Positions 51,399 to 63,792 are shown, counted from the stretch's first letter. The stretch: DNA of 64,000 bases from Candidatus Omnitrophota bacterium (GCA_903889135.1 CAISWF010000170.1:1638-65637), one strand, 5' to 3'. Made by a program: numbers and translations. The notes: a model not told the origin generated them from the sequence alone.

Positions 51399-52216
51399 AT
51401 GTTCGAAGTCGTGCAGATCAGGTTAAGGGAAGGCGGCAAGACGTCGTATTTCGAGCTCGGGAACACGAAACCGAAGATCGGCGACGTCGTCATCGTCGAC
51501 GCGGACAGGGGAGTCGATTACGGGGAGGCGATATCCGGGGTGGAATCCATCTCGCAGATCACCGGGGAAGAGCCGCTTCGCAAGATATTAAGGATCGCCA
51601 CTGCCGGCGACCTCGACCAGATAAAAAAGAACCGTGAGAAGACGAAAGAGGCCTTCGTCACCTGCCAGAAGAAGATAATCGAGCACGGGCTTAAGATGAA
51701 GCTCATAGACGCCGAATACACGTTCGACAGGTCGAAGCTCCTCTTTTATTTCACGGCCGAGGGGCGCGTCGATTTCAGGGAACTCGTAAAAGACCTCGCG
51801 CGCATATTCAAGGCGCGCATTGAGCTTAAGCAGATAGGCGTGCGCGATGAGGCGCGGCTCCTGGGCGGGTTCGGCCCGTGCGGAAAGTGTCTCTGCTGCG
51901 CGACTTTCCTCAAGGATTTCGAGCCGGTCACGATAAAGATGGCCAAGGAACAGAACCTCCCGCTAAACCCCGCTAAGATCTCCGGCGTATGCGGCCGGTT
52001 GATGTGCTGCCTCGGATACGAGCATAAATTATACGTTGAATTGTTGAAGGGTTTGCCGAAGGAAGGCGAAAAAGTGAGCCTTGAAGGATGCTCGGGCAAG
52101 GTCGTCTCGGTGAACGCGCTCAAGCGCTCAATAACCGTCGATTGCGGCGAGGGGAAGTTCGTCGAGCTCGGCTGCAAATGCCCCAAGGGCTGCGAAATGC
52201 ACCATAACCAGAGAAA

Positions 52217-52220
<4 letters not shown>
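51399..52220 (+). CDS. ricT: PSP1/YaaT (RicT) family protein
   Basis: RVDFRELVKDL, QIGVRDEA, GPCGKCLCC, ISGVCGRLMCCL. Confidence 0.92.
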
Positions 52221-53775
<1,555 letters not shown>

Positions 53776-53779
<4 letters not shown>

Positions 53780-55179
53780 TGCGTCCCTTCGGCTTCGCTC
53801 AGGGTAAACTTGTCGATACCCATTGCCATCTGGATTTCCCGGAGTTCGATTCGGACAGGGAAGAGGTCATAAATAGGGCGAAAGCCGCCGGCATAGAAAA
53901 TATAATAAATGTCGCGAGCAGCTTCGACGGCTCAAAGAGGTCGGTCGCGCTCGCGAATAAATATGGTTGCGTTTACGCCTCAGTCGGCATCCATCCGCAC
54001 GACGCGAAGGAACTGGATGCGTCCTCGTTTTCCGCGATCAAAGACCTCGCCAAGGATAAAAAGGTAGTAGCTATAGGCGAAGTAGGCCTCGACTATTACA
54101 GGAACCTATCGCCTGCCGGGCTGCAGCAGGCGGCATTCAAGAAATTCCTCCACCTCGCAGAAGAGACTGGCCTGCCGCTCATAATCCACTGCCGCGAAGC
54201 GCGCGAGGACCTCCTGAAGATAATAAAAAAAGAGATCTCCGCCCCCGTAAAGGGGGTCGTCCACTGTTTTCCCCCCGATGAGGAGCTCCTTAACAGCGTT
54301 CTCGACCTCGGGATGTACGTCTCGTTCACAGGCAACCTCACTTTCAAAAACGCCGCAAAATCGCGCGAAATGGTAAAAGCCCTGGTCCCGATGGACAGGA
54401 TATTGGTCGAGACCGACGCGCCGTACCTTGCGCCGGAAGGGATGCGCGGCAAGAGGAACGAGCCGTCCTATATGGTAAAAGTAGTGGAGCAGATAGCGGA
54501 ATTGAAAGGGATCGCCCCGGAAGACGTGGCCAGAGCCACGACCGTTAACTGCGCGCGGCTTTTCGGGGTCGGCGCCGCGCCGGAATCGGCCGTTACGTAT
54601 AAAATAAGGGACTCCTTGTATATTAACCTCACCAACAGGTGCACCAGTGACTGCGAATTCTGCGTAACCAAGACGACGGATTTCGTGATGGGGCATAACC
54701 TGCGCCTTAAAGGCGAACCGTCGGCAAAAGAGATAATAGAGGAGATCGGCGACCCGTCCGTATACGACGAGATTGTATTCTGCGGATACGGCGAACCCAC
54801 TTTGCGGCTCGATTGCATGGTTGAGGTCGCGAAGGCCCTTAAGAAAAAAGGGGCCAAGATCCGCCTTACGACGAACGGCCACGGGAACCTGATAAATAAA
54901 AGGCGCATCGTCGACGACCTGGTCGGCCTTATAGACCGCGTGAGCGTGAGCCTCAACGCCCCGGACAAAGAGGTCTATGATAAGGTCTGCAGGCCGGCGT
55001 TCGGGCCGGGGACTTTCGGCGAGGTAAAGAAGTTCATCGCCGAGTGCAGGGAGAAACTGCCTGAGGTCGAGGTTACCTGCGTCGATTGCGAAGGCGTAGA
55101 TATGAAGGAATGTGAGAGGGTCGCGGCCGGGGAATTAAAGGTCAAGTTCAGGCCGAGGAGGCTCAATGTCGTGGGATAA
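53776..55179 (+). CDS. tatD: TatD nuclease fused to TatD-associated radical SAM domain
   Basis: DTHCHLD, GIHPH, GEVGLDY, ETDAPY; then NLTNRCTSDCEFC (CxxxCxxC), FCGYGEP. Confidence 0.92.
53785..53804. repeat. REP-like palindrome read in frame in the TatD N-terminus
   Basis: CCCT-TCGGCTTCGCTC-AGGG, within codons for PFGFAQG; matches 11494-11516. Confidence 0.7.
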
Positions 55180-56233
55180 AATAAGGAAATTCGCGGGCGA
55201 GAACCGGATCTATCTCCTCATGCTCGCTTTCATAATAGCGACCGAGATATTCCTGGTCGTGTCGCCTATGTCCGAGAAGAAGGAGAAACTGACCGAGAAG
55301 AAGAAATCGCACATGACGCTTTCGCCTCAAGAGGTCCTCGCGCAGGAGGATAGGATAAAGGAACTGCTCGCGCACAACAGCCTGCTCGGGTTCACGGTCA
55401 CGGCCAGCACATTCTTAAGTGCCGTCGCGCTTTTGGCCGGCCTTATCATCGGCATGAACTGCATCGCCCGCAAACTTAACGGCCGTGACATCATGGCCGC
55501 TTACGGCTCCCCGCCGGAGGCGCCTTGGAAGTTCATCGATGTCTTGAGGGTGATAATCGCGTTCTATTTCTTCGTTTATACGCTCCAATGGATAGAGGCC
55601 GATATATTGAACCTGATGAAGGTTAAGAACCCCAACGAGGTGCTTTTTGACGTGCTTAACGCGACCCTGATGGACGTCATCGGCCTCGTTATAGTCCTGT
55701 ATTTCGCGGTAAAAAAATTCAAGAGTGGCCTGGCCGGGCTCGGGCTCACCGTTAAGAACATAGCGAGGAACATGAGGATCGCCATCGGCGGATATCTTAC
55801 GATCATCCCGGTCCTGGCTATCATAATGATCCTGGTATTCATCGGCATCAGGGTATTCAGTTATGAACCGCCGGAGACGAAGGCGCTCGAGATACTCTAC
55901 GAGGCGAAGGGTACGAAGCTCCTCCTCATACTTACGGCGCTAGTTACTATCATAGGGCCGATCACCGAGGAGTTATTCTTCAGGGGTTTCGCGTATCCGG
56001 TATTCAGGAAGAAGATGGGGGTGAGGAACGCGATATTGCTAGTCTCGTTCATCTTCGCGATGCTTCACATGAATATCGTCTCGTTCTTTCCGATACTCGC
56101 GCTCGGTATCCTGCTGGCGTATCTTTACGAGAAGACCGGCTCTATAGTCCCATCGATAGCGGTGCATATAATCCATAACTCGGCCGTGATATTTTTCGTG
56201 TTCCTTTATAAACTGATAGCGCTCCCTAAATAG
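55166..56233 (+). CDS. CPBP/Abi family intramembrane metalloprotease
   Basis: EELFFRG, FAMLH, HIIHN; multiple TM helices. Confidence 0.9.
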   Translation: MSWDKIRKFAGENRIYLLMLAFIIATEIFLVVSPMSEKKEKLTEKKKSHMTLSPQEVLAQEDRIKELLAHNSLLGFTVTASTFLSAVALLAGLIIGMNCIARKLNGRDIMAAYGSPPEAPWKFIDVLRVIIAFYFFVYTLQWIEADILNLMKVKNPNEVLFDVLNATLMDVIGLVIVLYFAVKKFKSGLAGLGLTVKNIARNMRIAIGGYLTIIPVLAIIMILVFIGIRVFSYEPPETKALEILYEAKGTKLLLILTALVTIIGPITEELFFRGFAYPVFRKKMGVRNAILLVSFIFAMLHMNIVSFFPILALGILLAYLYEKTGSIVPSIAVHIIHNSAVIFFVFLYKLIALPK

Positions 56234-57343
56234 ATGATGAACCCAAAGGTCTCGATAGTAAGATCGGATTCGTACGATCCCGGCAAAGTCTATGCCGCCG
56301 TCAAAAAAGCGGTGGATTTGCTCGGCGGCATCTCTTCGTTCGTAGGGTTCGGCGAGACTATACTCTTAAAGCCCAACGTACTTTCAGCGAAGCCCCCGGA
56401 ATCAGGCGTCGACACGCATCCTGAGATGATACGCGCGGTCGCGAGGCTCGTAAGGGAAGCCGGGGCAAAAGTGATAGTCGGGGATTCCCCCGGGGGGGTA
56501 TATTTCAAGGACGCGGGCTCGACATACGAGGCCGCGGGGATAAAGAAGGTTTGCGATGAGGAGAAGATAGAGCTCGTCGATTTTGACAGGGCAAAAAACG
56601 TCCGCGGGATGCCGATAACGGAATGGGCTTTCGCCGTCGACGGGATAATATCCCTGCCGAAGATGAAGACGCACGGCCTCACGACGATAACCGGGGCTGT
56701 CAAGAATTCTTACGGGCTCGCGATCGGCCTTTACAAGGCGCAGTGCCATTTCAAGGCGCCGCGGCCGGAAGCATTCTGTAGATATGTAGTAGACGTGTTC
56801 GAAACGGCCAAACCGCGGCTCGCTATAATGGACGGCATAACGGCGATGGAAGGCGACGGGCCCGCCGCCGGAAATTTAAGGGATGCAGGGCTTATCATAG
56901 CCGGCAGCGACTGCGTGGCGATCGATTCGGTGTTTGCGAAGCTTATAGGCATCGAACCGCTTAAAGTCGAGATAACGGCCGAGGCATACAGGAGGGGACT
57001 GGGCGAGGCGGATATCTCAAAAATAGAGATCGTCGGTGAGACCATAGACGCGTCCAGGCAGAAGAATTTTAAACTTCCCAAGACGTCTGTCTTAACGAAG
57101 TTGCCCGAACCGCTCCTAAAGCTTATAATGAAGGGGATAAAGTTCCTGCCGAGGATAGATGATAATTTATGCAAGGGCTGCCTCGTCTGTGAGAAGAGCT
57201 GCCCGGCCGCGGCGATAGAGATAGATAGGGTGCGATCGCGCATCGACTATTCGAAGTGCGTAAGGTGTTTTTGCTGCATGGAACTTTGTCCGCACAAGGC
57301 GATACATATCAAACGTAGCCTGCTTGCCAGGCTTATAGGATAA
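56234..57343 (+). CDS. DUF362 domain protein with C-terminal 2x[4Fe-4S]
   Basis: LLKPN, THP, PKMKTH, GAVKN, MEGDGP; CxxCxxCxxxCP twice. Confidence 0.9.
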   Translation: MMNPKVSIVRSDSYDPGKVYAAVKKAVDLLGGISSFVGFGETILLKPNVLSAKPPESGVDTHPEMIRAVARLVREAGAKVIVGDSPGGVYFKDAGSTYEAAGIKKVCDEEKIELVDFDRAKNVRGMPITEWAFAVDGIISLPKMKTHGLTTITGAVKNSYGLAIGLYKAQCHFKAPRPEAFCRYVVDVFETAKPRLAIMDGITAMEGDGPAAGNLRDAGLIIAGSDCVAIDSVFAKLIGIEPLKVEITAEAYRRGLGEADISKIEIVGETIDASRQKNFKLPKTSVLTKLPEPLLKLIMKGIKFLPRIDDNLCKGCLVCEKSCPAAAIEIDRVRSRIDYSKCVRCFCCMELCPHKAIHIKRSLLARLIG

Positions 57344-57347
57344 AATA

Positions 57348-58373
57348 ATGGCTATCCAGACGATCAGATGGGACAAGGGCGCGATAAAGATAATAGACCA
57401 GACCCTGCTCCCGAATAAGCTCGTATACCTGAAGTTCCGCGACGTAAAGGATTTCTGGCACGCGATAAAAAAATTGCAGGTGCGCGGAGCGCCGGCCCTG
57501 GGCGTGGCCGCCGCCTACGGGGCTTACCTGGGGATCCAGAGATCGAGGGCCAAAGATTATAACGGATTTATCCGCGAACTGGACCGTGTCATAAAATTCA
57601 TCGGCTCGGCGAGGCCGACCGCGGTGAATCTTTTCTGGGGCCTCGACAGGATCCGCGCCGCCGCCGTGAAAAATAAGAAAAAACCTGTCCCGGAGATAAA
57701 GAAAGCGCTGCTTTCCGAGGCGCACAAAATTTACGAAGAGGACAGGGCGATATGCAGGAAGATGGCCGGGTACGGTGCGCGGCTCATTAAAAACGGCGAT
57801 GTCATATTGACGCACTGCAACGCCGGAGCGCTCGCGACGGCCGATTACGGCACCGCGCTCGGCGTAATTTACATGGCTAAGGAACAGGGCAAGCGCGTAA
57901 AGGTATATGCCGATGAGACACGGCCTCTTTTGCAGGGCGCTCGCCTTACCACCTGGGAGTTGATGCGCGAAGGTATAGATGTGACGCTCATCTGCGATAA
58001 TATGGCCGCCCATGTCATGAGCCTGGGCAAGGTGACGAAAGTCATCGTAGGCGCGGACAGGATAACGCGTAACGGCGACGCGGCGAACAAGATAGGCACT
58101 TACGGCGTCGCGGTCCTGGCGAAATACCACAAGATACCTTTTTATGTAGTCGCGCCGGTCTCGACGATAGATTTCAACCTGCCATACGGCAGGTTGATCC
58201 CGATCGAAGAGAGGCATGGAGACGAGATCACGACTATCCGCGGGAATCTCCTCGCCCCGAAAGGGGTAAAGACGTATTGCCCGGCTTTCGACGTAACGCC
58301 GGCGGCGCTAATCACCGCGATAGTCACGGAAAAAGGGATTTTTAAACCTGATGAAATTAAAAAAATTAGGTGA
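57348..58373 (+). CDS. mtnA: Methylthioribose-1-phosphate isomerase
   Basis: VRGAPA, RPTAVNL, LTHCNAGALAT, ETRPLLQGARLT, NKIGTY. Confidence 0.96.
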   Translation: MAIQTIRWDKGAIKIIDQTLLPNKLVYLKFRDVKDFWHAIKKLQVRGAPALGVAAAYGAYLGIQRSRAKDYNGFIRELDRVIKFIGSARPTAVNLFWGLDRIRAAAVKNKKKPVPEIKKALLSEAHKIYEEDRAICRKMAGYGARLIKNGDVILTHCNAGALATADYGTALGVIYMAKEQGKRVKVYADETRPLLQGARLTTWELMREGIDVTLICDNMAAHVMSLGKVTKVIVGADRITRNGDAANKIGTYGVAVLAKYHKIPFYVVAPVSTIDFNLPYGRLIPIEERHGDEITTIRGNLLAPKGVKTYCPAFDVTPAALITAIVTEKGIFKPDEIKKIR

Positions 58374-59265
58374 GACAGGGCTCATAGAGCGGCTCGCGAG
58401 GAATTTTAAGGCGGGCAAAGATATCGTCCGGGGCATCGGCGACGATTGCGCCGTGATACGCATATCGAAGAAAAAATACCTGCTCGTCACGATCGACATG
58501 CTCCTTGAGGATGTCGATTTTAAGTTAAAGGACGCGACGGCTTTCCAGATCGGCTGGAAGTCGCTCGCCTGCGGGTTAAGCGATATCGCCTCAATGGGCG
58601 GCACTGCGAAATACGCGGTCGCCTCTTTAGGGCTCCCGAAAAAGCTGAGCGTCGAATTTGTAGATGAGATATACCGCGGGATAAAGGCTCTTGCCAAAAG
58701 ATTCGACGTCGAGATAGTCGGCGGCGATACGAATTCTTCCCGCAAACTCGTCATAGATGTCGCTGTCCTCGGGTTCGTAGAGCCAGATAAAGCCGCGTTC
58801 AGGAGCGGCGCGAGGCCCGGCGATATAATTTGCGTAACAGGCGCGCTCGGCGGCTCATATAAAAGCAAGAGGCATCTTGTTTTTACGCCGCGCCTTAAAG
58901 AAGCCCGGTACCTGGTAAATAATTTCAAGATAACCTCGATGATAGATATTTCTGACGGGCTTTCGACCGAATTAAACCATATCGCGAAGGCGAGCGGGGT
59001 AGGCGCCTGTGTATACGAGGAACTGATACCGGTCGCAAAGGGCGCCAGGGGCGTGAACGCGGCGTTGAATGAAGGCGAGGATTTTGAGCTGTTATTCACG
59101 ATGCCGCTGGACGAGGCCCGCAGGCTCGCCCGGAAGAACATGGAATTGAACGGCGTGAGAATATCTCAGATCGGCGAGATACTCGATAAAAAGATCGGCG
59201 TGAAGATAATAGCTCCTAACGGAACGACGAAAGAACTGAAGCCAAAAGGATTTTCTCATTTTTAA
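58351..59265 (+). CDS. thiL: Thiamine-monophosphate kinase
   Basis: GIGDDCA, SDIASMGG, GGDT, IDISDGL, GEDFELLF. Confidence 0.95.
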   Translation: MKLKKLGETGLIERLARNFKAGKDIVRGIGDDCAVIRISKKKYLLVTIDMLLEDVDFKLKDATAFQIGWKSLACGLSDIASMGGTAKYAVASLGLPKKLSVEFVDEIYRGIKALAKRFDVEIVGGDTNSSRKLVIDVAVLGFVEPDKAAFRSGARPGDIICVTGALGGSYKSKRHLVFTPRLKEARYLVNNFKITSMIDISDGLSTELNHIAKASGVGACVYEELIPVAKGARGVNAALNEGEDFELLFTMPLDEARRLARKNMELNGVRISQIGEILDKKIGVKIIAPNGTTKELKPKGFSHF

Positions 59266-59685
59266 ATGACATTCACGACAGCGAACGCTGAAGAGACGAT
59301 AAAATTAGGGGAGAAGATAGCCAGGCGGTTAAAGCCCGGCGACCTCGTCGCGCTCTCAGGCGAACTGGGCGCGGGCAAGACCACCCTCGTCAAGGGTATA
59401 GCCAAGGGCCTCGGCGTAAAGAATTACAGGTACGTCAACAGCCCGTCATTCGTCCTCGTCAAAGAATATAAAGGGAAGATCCCGCTCTTCCATTTCGATA
59501 TCTACCGGCTCAACAATTTAAAGGACATCGAGGATATCGGCTATGAGGATTACCTCGCACGCGACGGCGTTGTCGTCATCGAATGGTCGGGTAAGATGGC
59601 GCGCATACTGCCGAAGAAGCGTTTAAATGTCGCTTTGAAGATAAAAAGTCCCGGCAAGCGGACGATCGCCATAAAGGAATCATGA
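59266..59685 (+). CDS. tsaE: t6A biosynthesis ATPase TsaE
   Basis: GELGAGKT, SPSF, HFDIYRL, IEW. Confidence 0.95.
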   Translation: MTFTTANAEETIKLGEKIARRLKPGDLVALSGELGAGKTTLVKGIAKGLGVKNYRYVNSPSFVLVKEYKGKIPLFHFDIYRLNNLKDIEDIGYEDYLARDGVVVIEWSGKMARILPKKRLNVALKIKSPGKRTIAIKES

Positions 59686-60368
59686 AAATACTTGCGTTAG
59701 ACACCACATCAAAATATCTCTCTCTCGCGATAACCGAGGGCGATAAGGTCATAGCGACTTTCCACAGAGTGATGGACCAGCGGCAGTGCGAACAGCTTTT
59801 GCCGCAGATAGACAAACTCCTGAAAAAGGCCAATCTGAAGTTAAAAAATATAGACTGCATTGCGTTCTCAAAAGGTCCGGGGTCGCTGACCGCACTACGC
59901 ATCGGCGCGGCGACGGTGAAAGGGTTTGCGCTCGGGGCAAAGATAAAAATTGTCGGGATACCGACGCTCGACGCGCTCGCGTATAATATAAAAGAAGAAG
60001 GTAAGCTGATAGTTCCGGTCATCGACGCGCGCCGCGGCAACGTTTACGCATCGGCATATTCCTTCAAAAAAGGGAAGCTGCGCCGGATCTTAAAATACTC
60101 GGTCGCTCCTGTCGCCGAATTGCTGAAGTCGGTCAAGGGCGACGCAGTCTTTTTGGGCGACGGGCTGGTAGCTTACAGGAAAACGATCGAGGATAATTTT
60201 AAGTTTAATGCCGGGTTCGCCCCGGAGAAGCTCTGGTATCCCAGCGCGGCGACAGTCGCACGTCTCGGTCATGTGCTGGCAAAAAACAAAAAATTTGAAG
60301 AGGTAGATAAATTTGTCCCGATGTATTTATATCCGAAAGATGTCCAAGTAAGGAACCTTATAAAATGA
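59682..60368 (+). CDS. tsaB: t6A biosynthesis protein TsaB
   Basis: ILALDT, GPGSLTALRIG, IDARRGNVY. Confidence 0.93.
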   Translation: MKILALDTTSKYLSLAITEGDKVIATFHRVMDQRQCEQLLPQIDKLLKKANLKLKNIDCIAFSKGPGSLTALRIGAATVKGFALGAKIKIVGIPTLDALAYNIKEEGKLIVPVIDARRGNVYASAYSFKKGKLRRILKYSVAPVAELLKSVKGDAVFLGDGLVAYRKTIEDNFKFNAGFAPEKLWYPSAATVARLGHVLAKNKKFEEVDKFVPMYLYPKDVQVRNLIK

Positions 60369-61591
60369 GCCCTGTAAACGCGCGCAAGATAGTTCCTAGC
60401 CCTGCAAAAGGCAGGACAAGCCCTGCGAAAAGCAGGACTAGCCCTGCAAAAGGCAGGACAAGCCCTGCGAAAAGCAGGACAAGCAGGCCGACATGGACAG
60501 AGATAGACCTCGACGCCATCGCCCATAATTATCACGCGATAAAGGCGCGCCTCACGAAAGACACGAATATCCTCGCCGTCGTGAAGGCGAACGCGTACGG
60601 TTACGGGATGATAGAGGTCGCGCGCCGGCTGCAAAAAGAGAGGGTCCCGTACTTGGGGGTAGCGTGTGTCGACGAAGGCGTTATACTCCGACGCTCAGGG
60701 GTACGCACCCCGATACTCGTCCTTTCGTCGGTCCTTCCGGAAGAAGCGGAGTCCGCGCTCTATTATGACCTGACGCTTACCGTATGCGATAAGATCCTCG
60801 CCGCGGCCATAGACAAAGCGGCGCGCAGCCTCAGGAAACACGCGCTCATCCATGTGAAAGTCGATACAGGCATGGGCAGGCTGGGTGTGTGGCATGAAGA
60901 GGCCGGCCGCCTTATTAAAGACCTCATGAGTTTCAAGAATATAGCTATCGAAGGGATATTTACGCATTTCGCGAGCGCGGACGAGGAGGATGTCCGCTAT
61001 ACCGCCGCCCAGATAGAGAATTTTAAGCGGCTCGCCACCGAGATGGAGATAAGCGGCATCGAGATACAGTATGTGCACGCTGCGAACTCTGCCGGCGCTA
61101 TGCTGTATAAAGATTCCCACTTCAATATGGTGCGGCCGGGGCTTATGCTTTACGGCCTCTACCCGAACAAGCATCTGGTGAGAGCCGTGAAGTTAAAACC
61201 GGCCCTTGCGCTTAAGACGAGGATTATATATCTCAAGAAGACGCCGCCGGGCAGGTTTATCAGCTATGGCAGGACGCACATGACGGACAGGGAGACGGTT
61301 ATCGCCACGCTCCCGATAGGGTATGCCGACGGGCTCAACCGGCACCTCTCGAACAAGGGGGAAGTGCTCGTGCGCGGATGGCGCGCGCCGATAGTCGGAC
61401 GCATCTGCATGGACCACACGATGGTAGACGTCGGAGGGATAAAAGGCGCGAAGGTCGGCGATGAGGTCACAATTATCGGGTCCCAAAAAGGCGAGACTAT
61501 CACCGTAGAGGATATAGCCGAGCTTCTCGATACCATCCCTTACGAAGTAGTCTGCTGGATATCAGCCAGGGTGCCGCGCGTTTATAAATAA
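60365..61591 (+). CDS. alr: Alanine racemase with repetitive N-terminal extension
   Basis: VVKANAYG, KVDTGMGRLG, HAANS, VRPG, GYADG, GRICMD, TIPYE. Confidence 0.96.
   Translation: MSPVNARKIVPSPAKGRTSPAKSRTSPAKGRTSPAKSRTSRPTWTEIDLDAIAHNYHAIKARLTKDTNILAVVKANAYGYGMIEVARRLQKERVPYLGVACVDEGVILRRSGVRTPILVLSSVLPEEAESALYYDLTLTVCDKILAAAIDKAARSLRKHALIHVKVDTGMGRLGVWHEEAGRLIKDLMSFKNIAIEGIFTHFASADEEDVRYTAAQIENFKRLATEMEISGIEIQYVHAANSAGAMLYKDSHFNMVRPGLMLYGLYPNKHLVRAVKLKPALALKTRIIYLKKTPPGRFISYGRTHMTDRETVIATLPIGYADGLNRHLSNKGEVLVRGWRAPIVGRICMDHTMVDVGGIKGAKVGDEVTIIGSQKGETITVEDIAELLDTIPYEVVCWISARVPRVYK
60398..60481 (+). repeat. Four 21-bp tandem units (two 42-bp dimers), each a small hairpin, in alr coding sequence
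   Basis: AGCCCTGCAAAAGGCAGGACA alternating with AGCCCTGCGAAAAGCAGGAC(T/A); encodes SPAKGRT/SPAKSRT. Confidence 0.95.
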
Positions 61592-61614
61592 ACATTCGAA
61601 AGAAGATCCCTTTT

Positions 61615-62541
61615 ATGGAAAATACCGCAGTTTCCGATCTTATCCCCGAGGTGCGTATCCGACGGCAATCCGTCTATTATTATATAGCCATGATCTTATG
61701 GCCGGCCTATCTTTTCTTGCTTCCAGCGGTATTTATGCGCATCGGCTGGTGGGTGATCTTTTATTTGATCTTCCCCGGGCTGTACCTTTTTACCTGGGTG
61801 GGGTACCTTATGCATGAAAGCTGGCATAAATATGTCCCGAACGTGGATAGTCATTTTTTCTATAATATCTTTGCGCTCATGATCCTGTCGGATCCTCAGC
61901 TTTACCATATGAGCCATGGATCGCATCATGCGCAAGTGAATACGTATGACGACGCGGAATTCCATCCGCTGGGAGAGGTCAGATCAAGGGGCATGCGGAT
62001 AATATATCACTGGCTGGAAGTCGTGTTCGGGGTCGCTTTCTTGTTCGCGGCGGCCAGCCTGACGGTACCCCGGGACCCGCGTTTTGCCAAAAGATACCGG
62101 TTTTGGAAACTACCCTTATCGGTTTTATCGTGGGTGATCTTTTTTGTCGGTCTTGGATATCTGTCCCATCTTGTTTTTGGCGCCGCCTTGCGGCAAGTGT
62201 TCCTGTTATATTTCCTGAGTTTCTGGCTCGGTTCATTTTTCCTGCATCAATCGCAGCTTATAGAGCACGGGAACCTGATCGTTGAAGGGACATTTCAACA
62301 GCGCAATGTCCGGACGCGGAACTTGAAGCCGGCCGGGATGGCGGAAAAGGTTTTCCTGTTCTTGACGCACGGCGATTCGCGCGAACATGTCCTGCATCAT
62401 ACGTTGACGGCCGTCTATACCCGTCCGTTCCCGGGGACGGTTCCTTTGCCGGAAGGGACGGTATCGATCACTATGGGTGATTATTGCCAGCTTTTATGGC
62501 GCATGTTGGTCGGGAAAGTAGATAAAGAGCAATTTCGGTGA
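61615..62541 (+). CDS. Membrane fatty acid desaturase family protein
   Basis: His boxes HESWH, HGSHH, HVLHH plus IEH; TM helices. Confidence 0.8.
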   Translation: MENTAVSDLIPEVRIRRQSVYYYIAMILWPAYLFLLPAVFMRIGWWVIFYLIFPGLYLFTWVGYLMHESWHKYVPNVDSHFFYNIFALMILSDPQLYHMSHGSHHAQVNTYDDAEFHPLGEVRSRGMRIIYHWLEVVFGVAFLFAAASLTVPRDPRFAKRYRFWKLPLSVLSWVIFFVGLGYLSHLVFGAALRQVFLLYFLSFWLGSFFLHQSQLIEHGNLIVEGTFQQRNVRTRNLKPAGMAEKVFLFLTHGDSREHVLHHTLTAVYTRPFPGTVPLPEGTVSITMGDYCQLLWRMLVGKVDKEQFR

Positions 62542-62571
62542 AATAATTATGGTGACAAGCTCAAGCTAAAA

Positions 62572-63261
62572 ATGGATAATTTCCGTAAATATGGTGATCC
62601 GCCGTTTAGGATAGCCGTGGTCCATGGCGGGCCCGGAGGGGCCGGAGAGGTCGCGCCGGTTGCGCGCGAACTCTCATCGGAATATGGTGTCCTCGAGCCG
62701 CTCCAGACAGCCGTTTCGGTCAACGGGCAGGTCGAAGAATTGAAAGCTGTCCTGGAGAAAGAAGCGGAACTTCCCGTTGTGTTAATAGGCCATTCGTGGG
62801 GAGCGTGGCTCAGTCTTATTCTTGCGGTGAAACATCCCGCGTTGGTAAAAAAGCTTATTCTCGTCGGAAGCGGGCCGTTCGAAGAGAAATACGCCGCCGA
62901 GATATCAAGGGCCAGGCTTGACCGCATGGATAAGGAAACAGTGCCTGACGCCTATGACCCGATCGAAGGTAAACCTGAACCGATCGATTATAAAGGCGAT
63001 ATATTTAACAGCGTATGGAAGGAAGCTGAGGAGTTAAGAAGCAGCGGAAAACTGCTCGAGTTCGTGAAAGATATTAAATGTCCTGTTGTCGCTATTCATG
63101 GAGATTATGATCCCCATCCCGCGGAAGGCGTCCAAAAGCCGCTATCGGCCATTCTTAAGGACTTCCGGTTTATCCTCCTTGATCACTGCGGCCATAAGCC
63201 GTGGATAGAAAAGGATGCGAGGGAGAAATTTTTCGAGCTCATAAGGAATGAGTTGTCATAA
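62572..63261 (+). CDS. Alpha/beta hydrolase
   Basis: HGGPG, GHSWG nucleophile elbow, HGDYD, CGHKPW. Confidence 0.9.
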   Translation: MDNFRKYGDPPFRIAVVHGGPGGAGEVAPVARELSSEYGVLEPLQTAVSVNGQVEELKAVLEKEAELPVVLIGHSWGAWLSLILAVKHPALVKKLILVGSGPFEEKYAAEISRARLDRMDKETVPDAYDPIEGKPEPIDYKGDIFNSVWKEAEELRSSGKLLEFVKDIKCPVVAIHGDYDPHPAEGVQKPLSAILKDFRFILLDHCGHKPWIEKDAREKFFELIRNELS

Positions 63262-63274
63262 GTAAGGAAATCAT

Positions 63275-63736
63275 ATGAAATATCTTAAATATCTCGTTAT
63301 AACCGCAGTAATAGTCCTGGCGGCCGCCGCGGTTTGCCATTTTACCGGGACAAATAACGCCAATATGCCGGCTGTCCGGCTTGTGCCGGGTGACATAATA
63401 TGGAAATCCGACCCCAAACTGCACGGCCTGCAGACCGCGGTCCTCGCAGGGGACCCAAGCATCGCGGCGCCATACACCCAGCGCATCAGGATACCCGCAA
63501 ATACCATATTGAAACCCCATTCTCATCCGAACAAGGCAAGGATGGTCACCGTCCTATCCGGGACATTCTATTATGCCTACGGCGATAAGTTCGACGAGTC
63601 GAAGCTGAAGGAACTTCCTCCCGGGAGTTTCTTCACGGAGCCGAGCGGGATGTCGCACTACGCGATGACCAAGAACCAGGAAGTGATCCTCCAGCTAAAC
63701 GCTATCGGGCCTGACGGCACGAGTTACGTCAAATAA
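63275..63736 (+). CDS. Secreted cupin domain protein
   Basis: Signal peptide; PHSHP...VLSG and LPPGSFFTEPSGMSHY cupin motifs. Confidence 0.85.
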   Translation: MKYLKYLVITAVIVLAAAAVCHFTGTNNANMPAVRLVPGDIIWKSDPKLHGLQTAVLAGDPSIAAPYTQRIRIPANTILKPHSHPNKARMVTVLSGTFYYAYGDKFDESKLKELPPGSFFTEPSGMSHYAMTKNQEVILQLNAIGPDGTSYVK

Positions 63737-63792
63737 TTTTTTGAAAGAAAATCCCGCCATTTTGCGTCTATTTAACTAAAGGAGTGATATCT

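Noticed and set aside
60398-60481. Possible mini CRISPR array
   Set aside because: Units are contiguous with no unique spacers, sit in frame in alr, and no cas genes are present.
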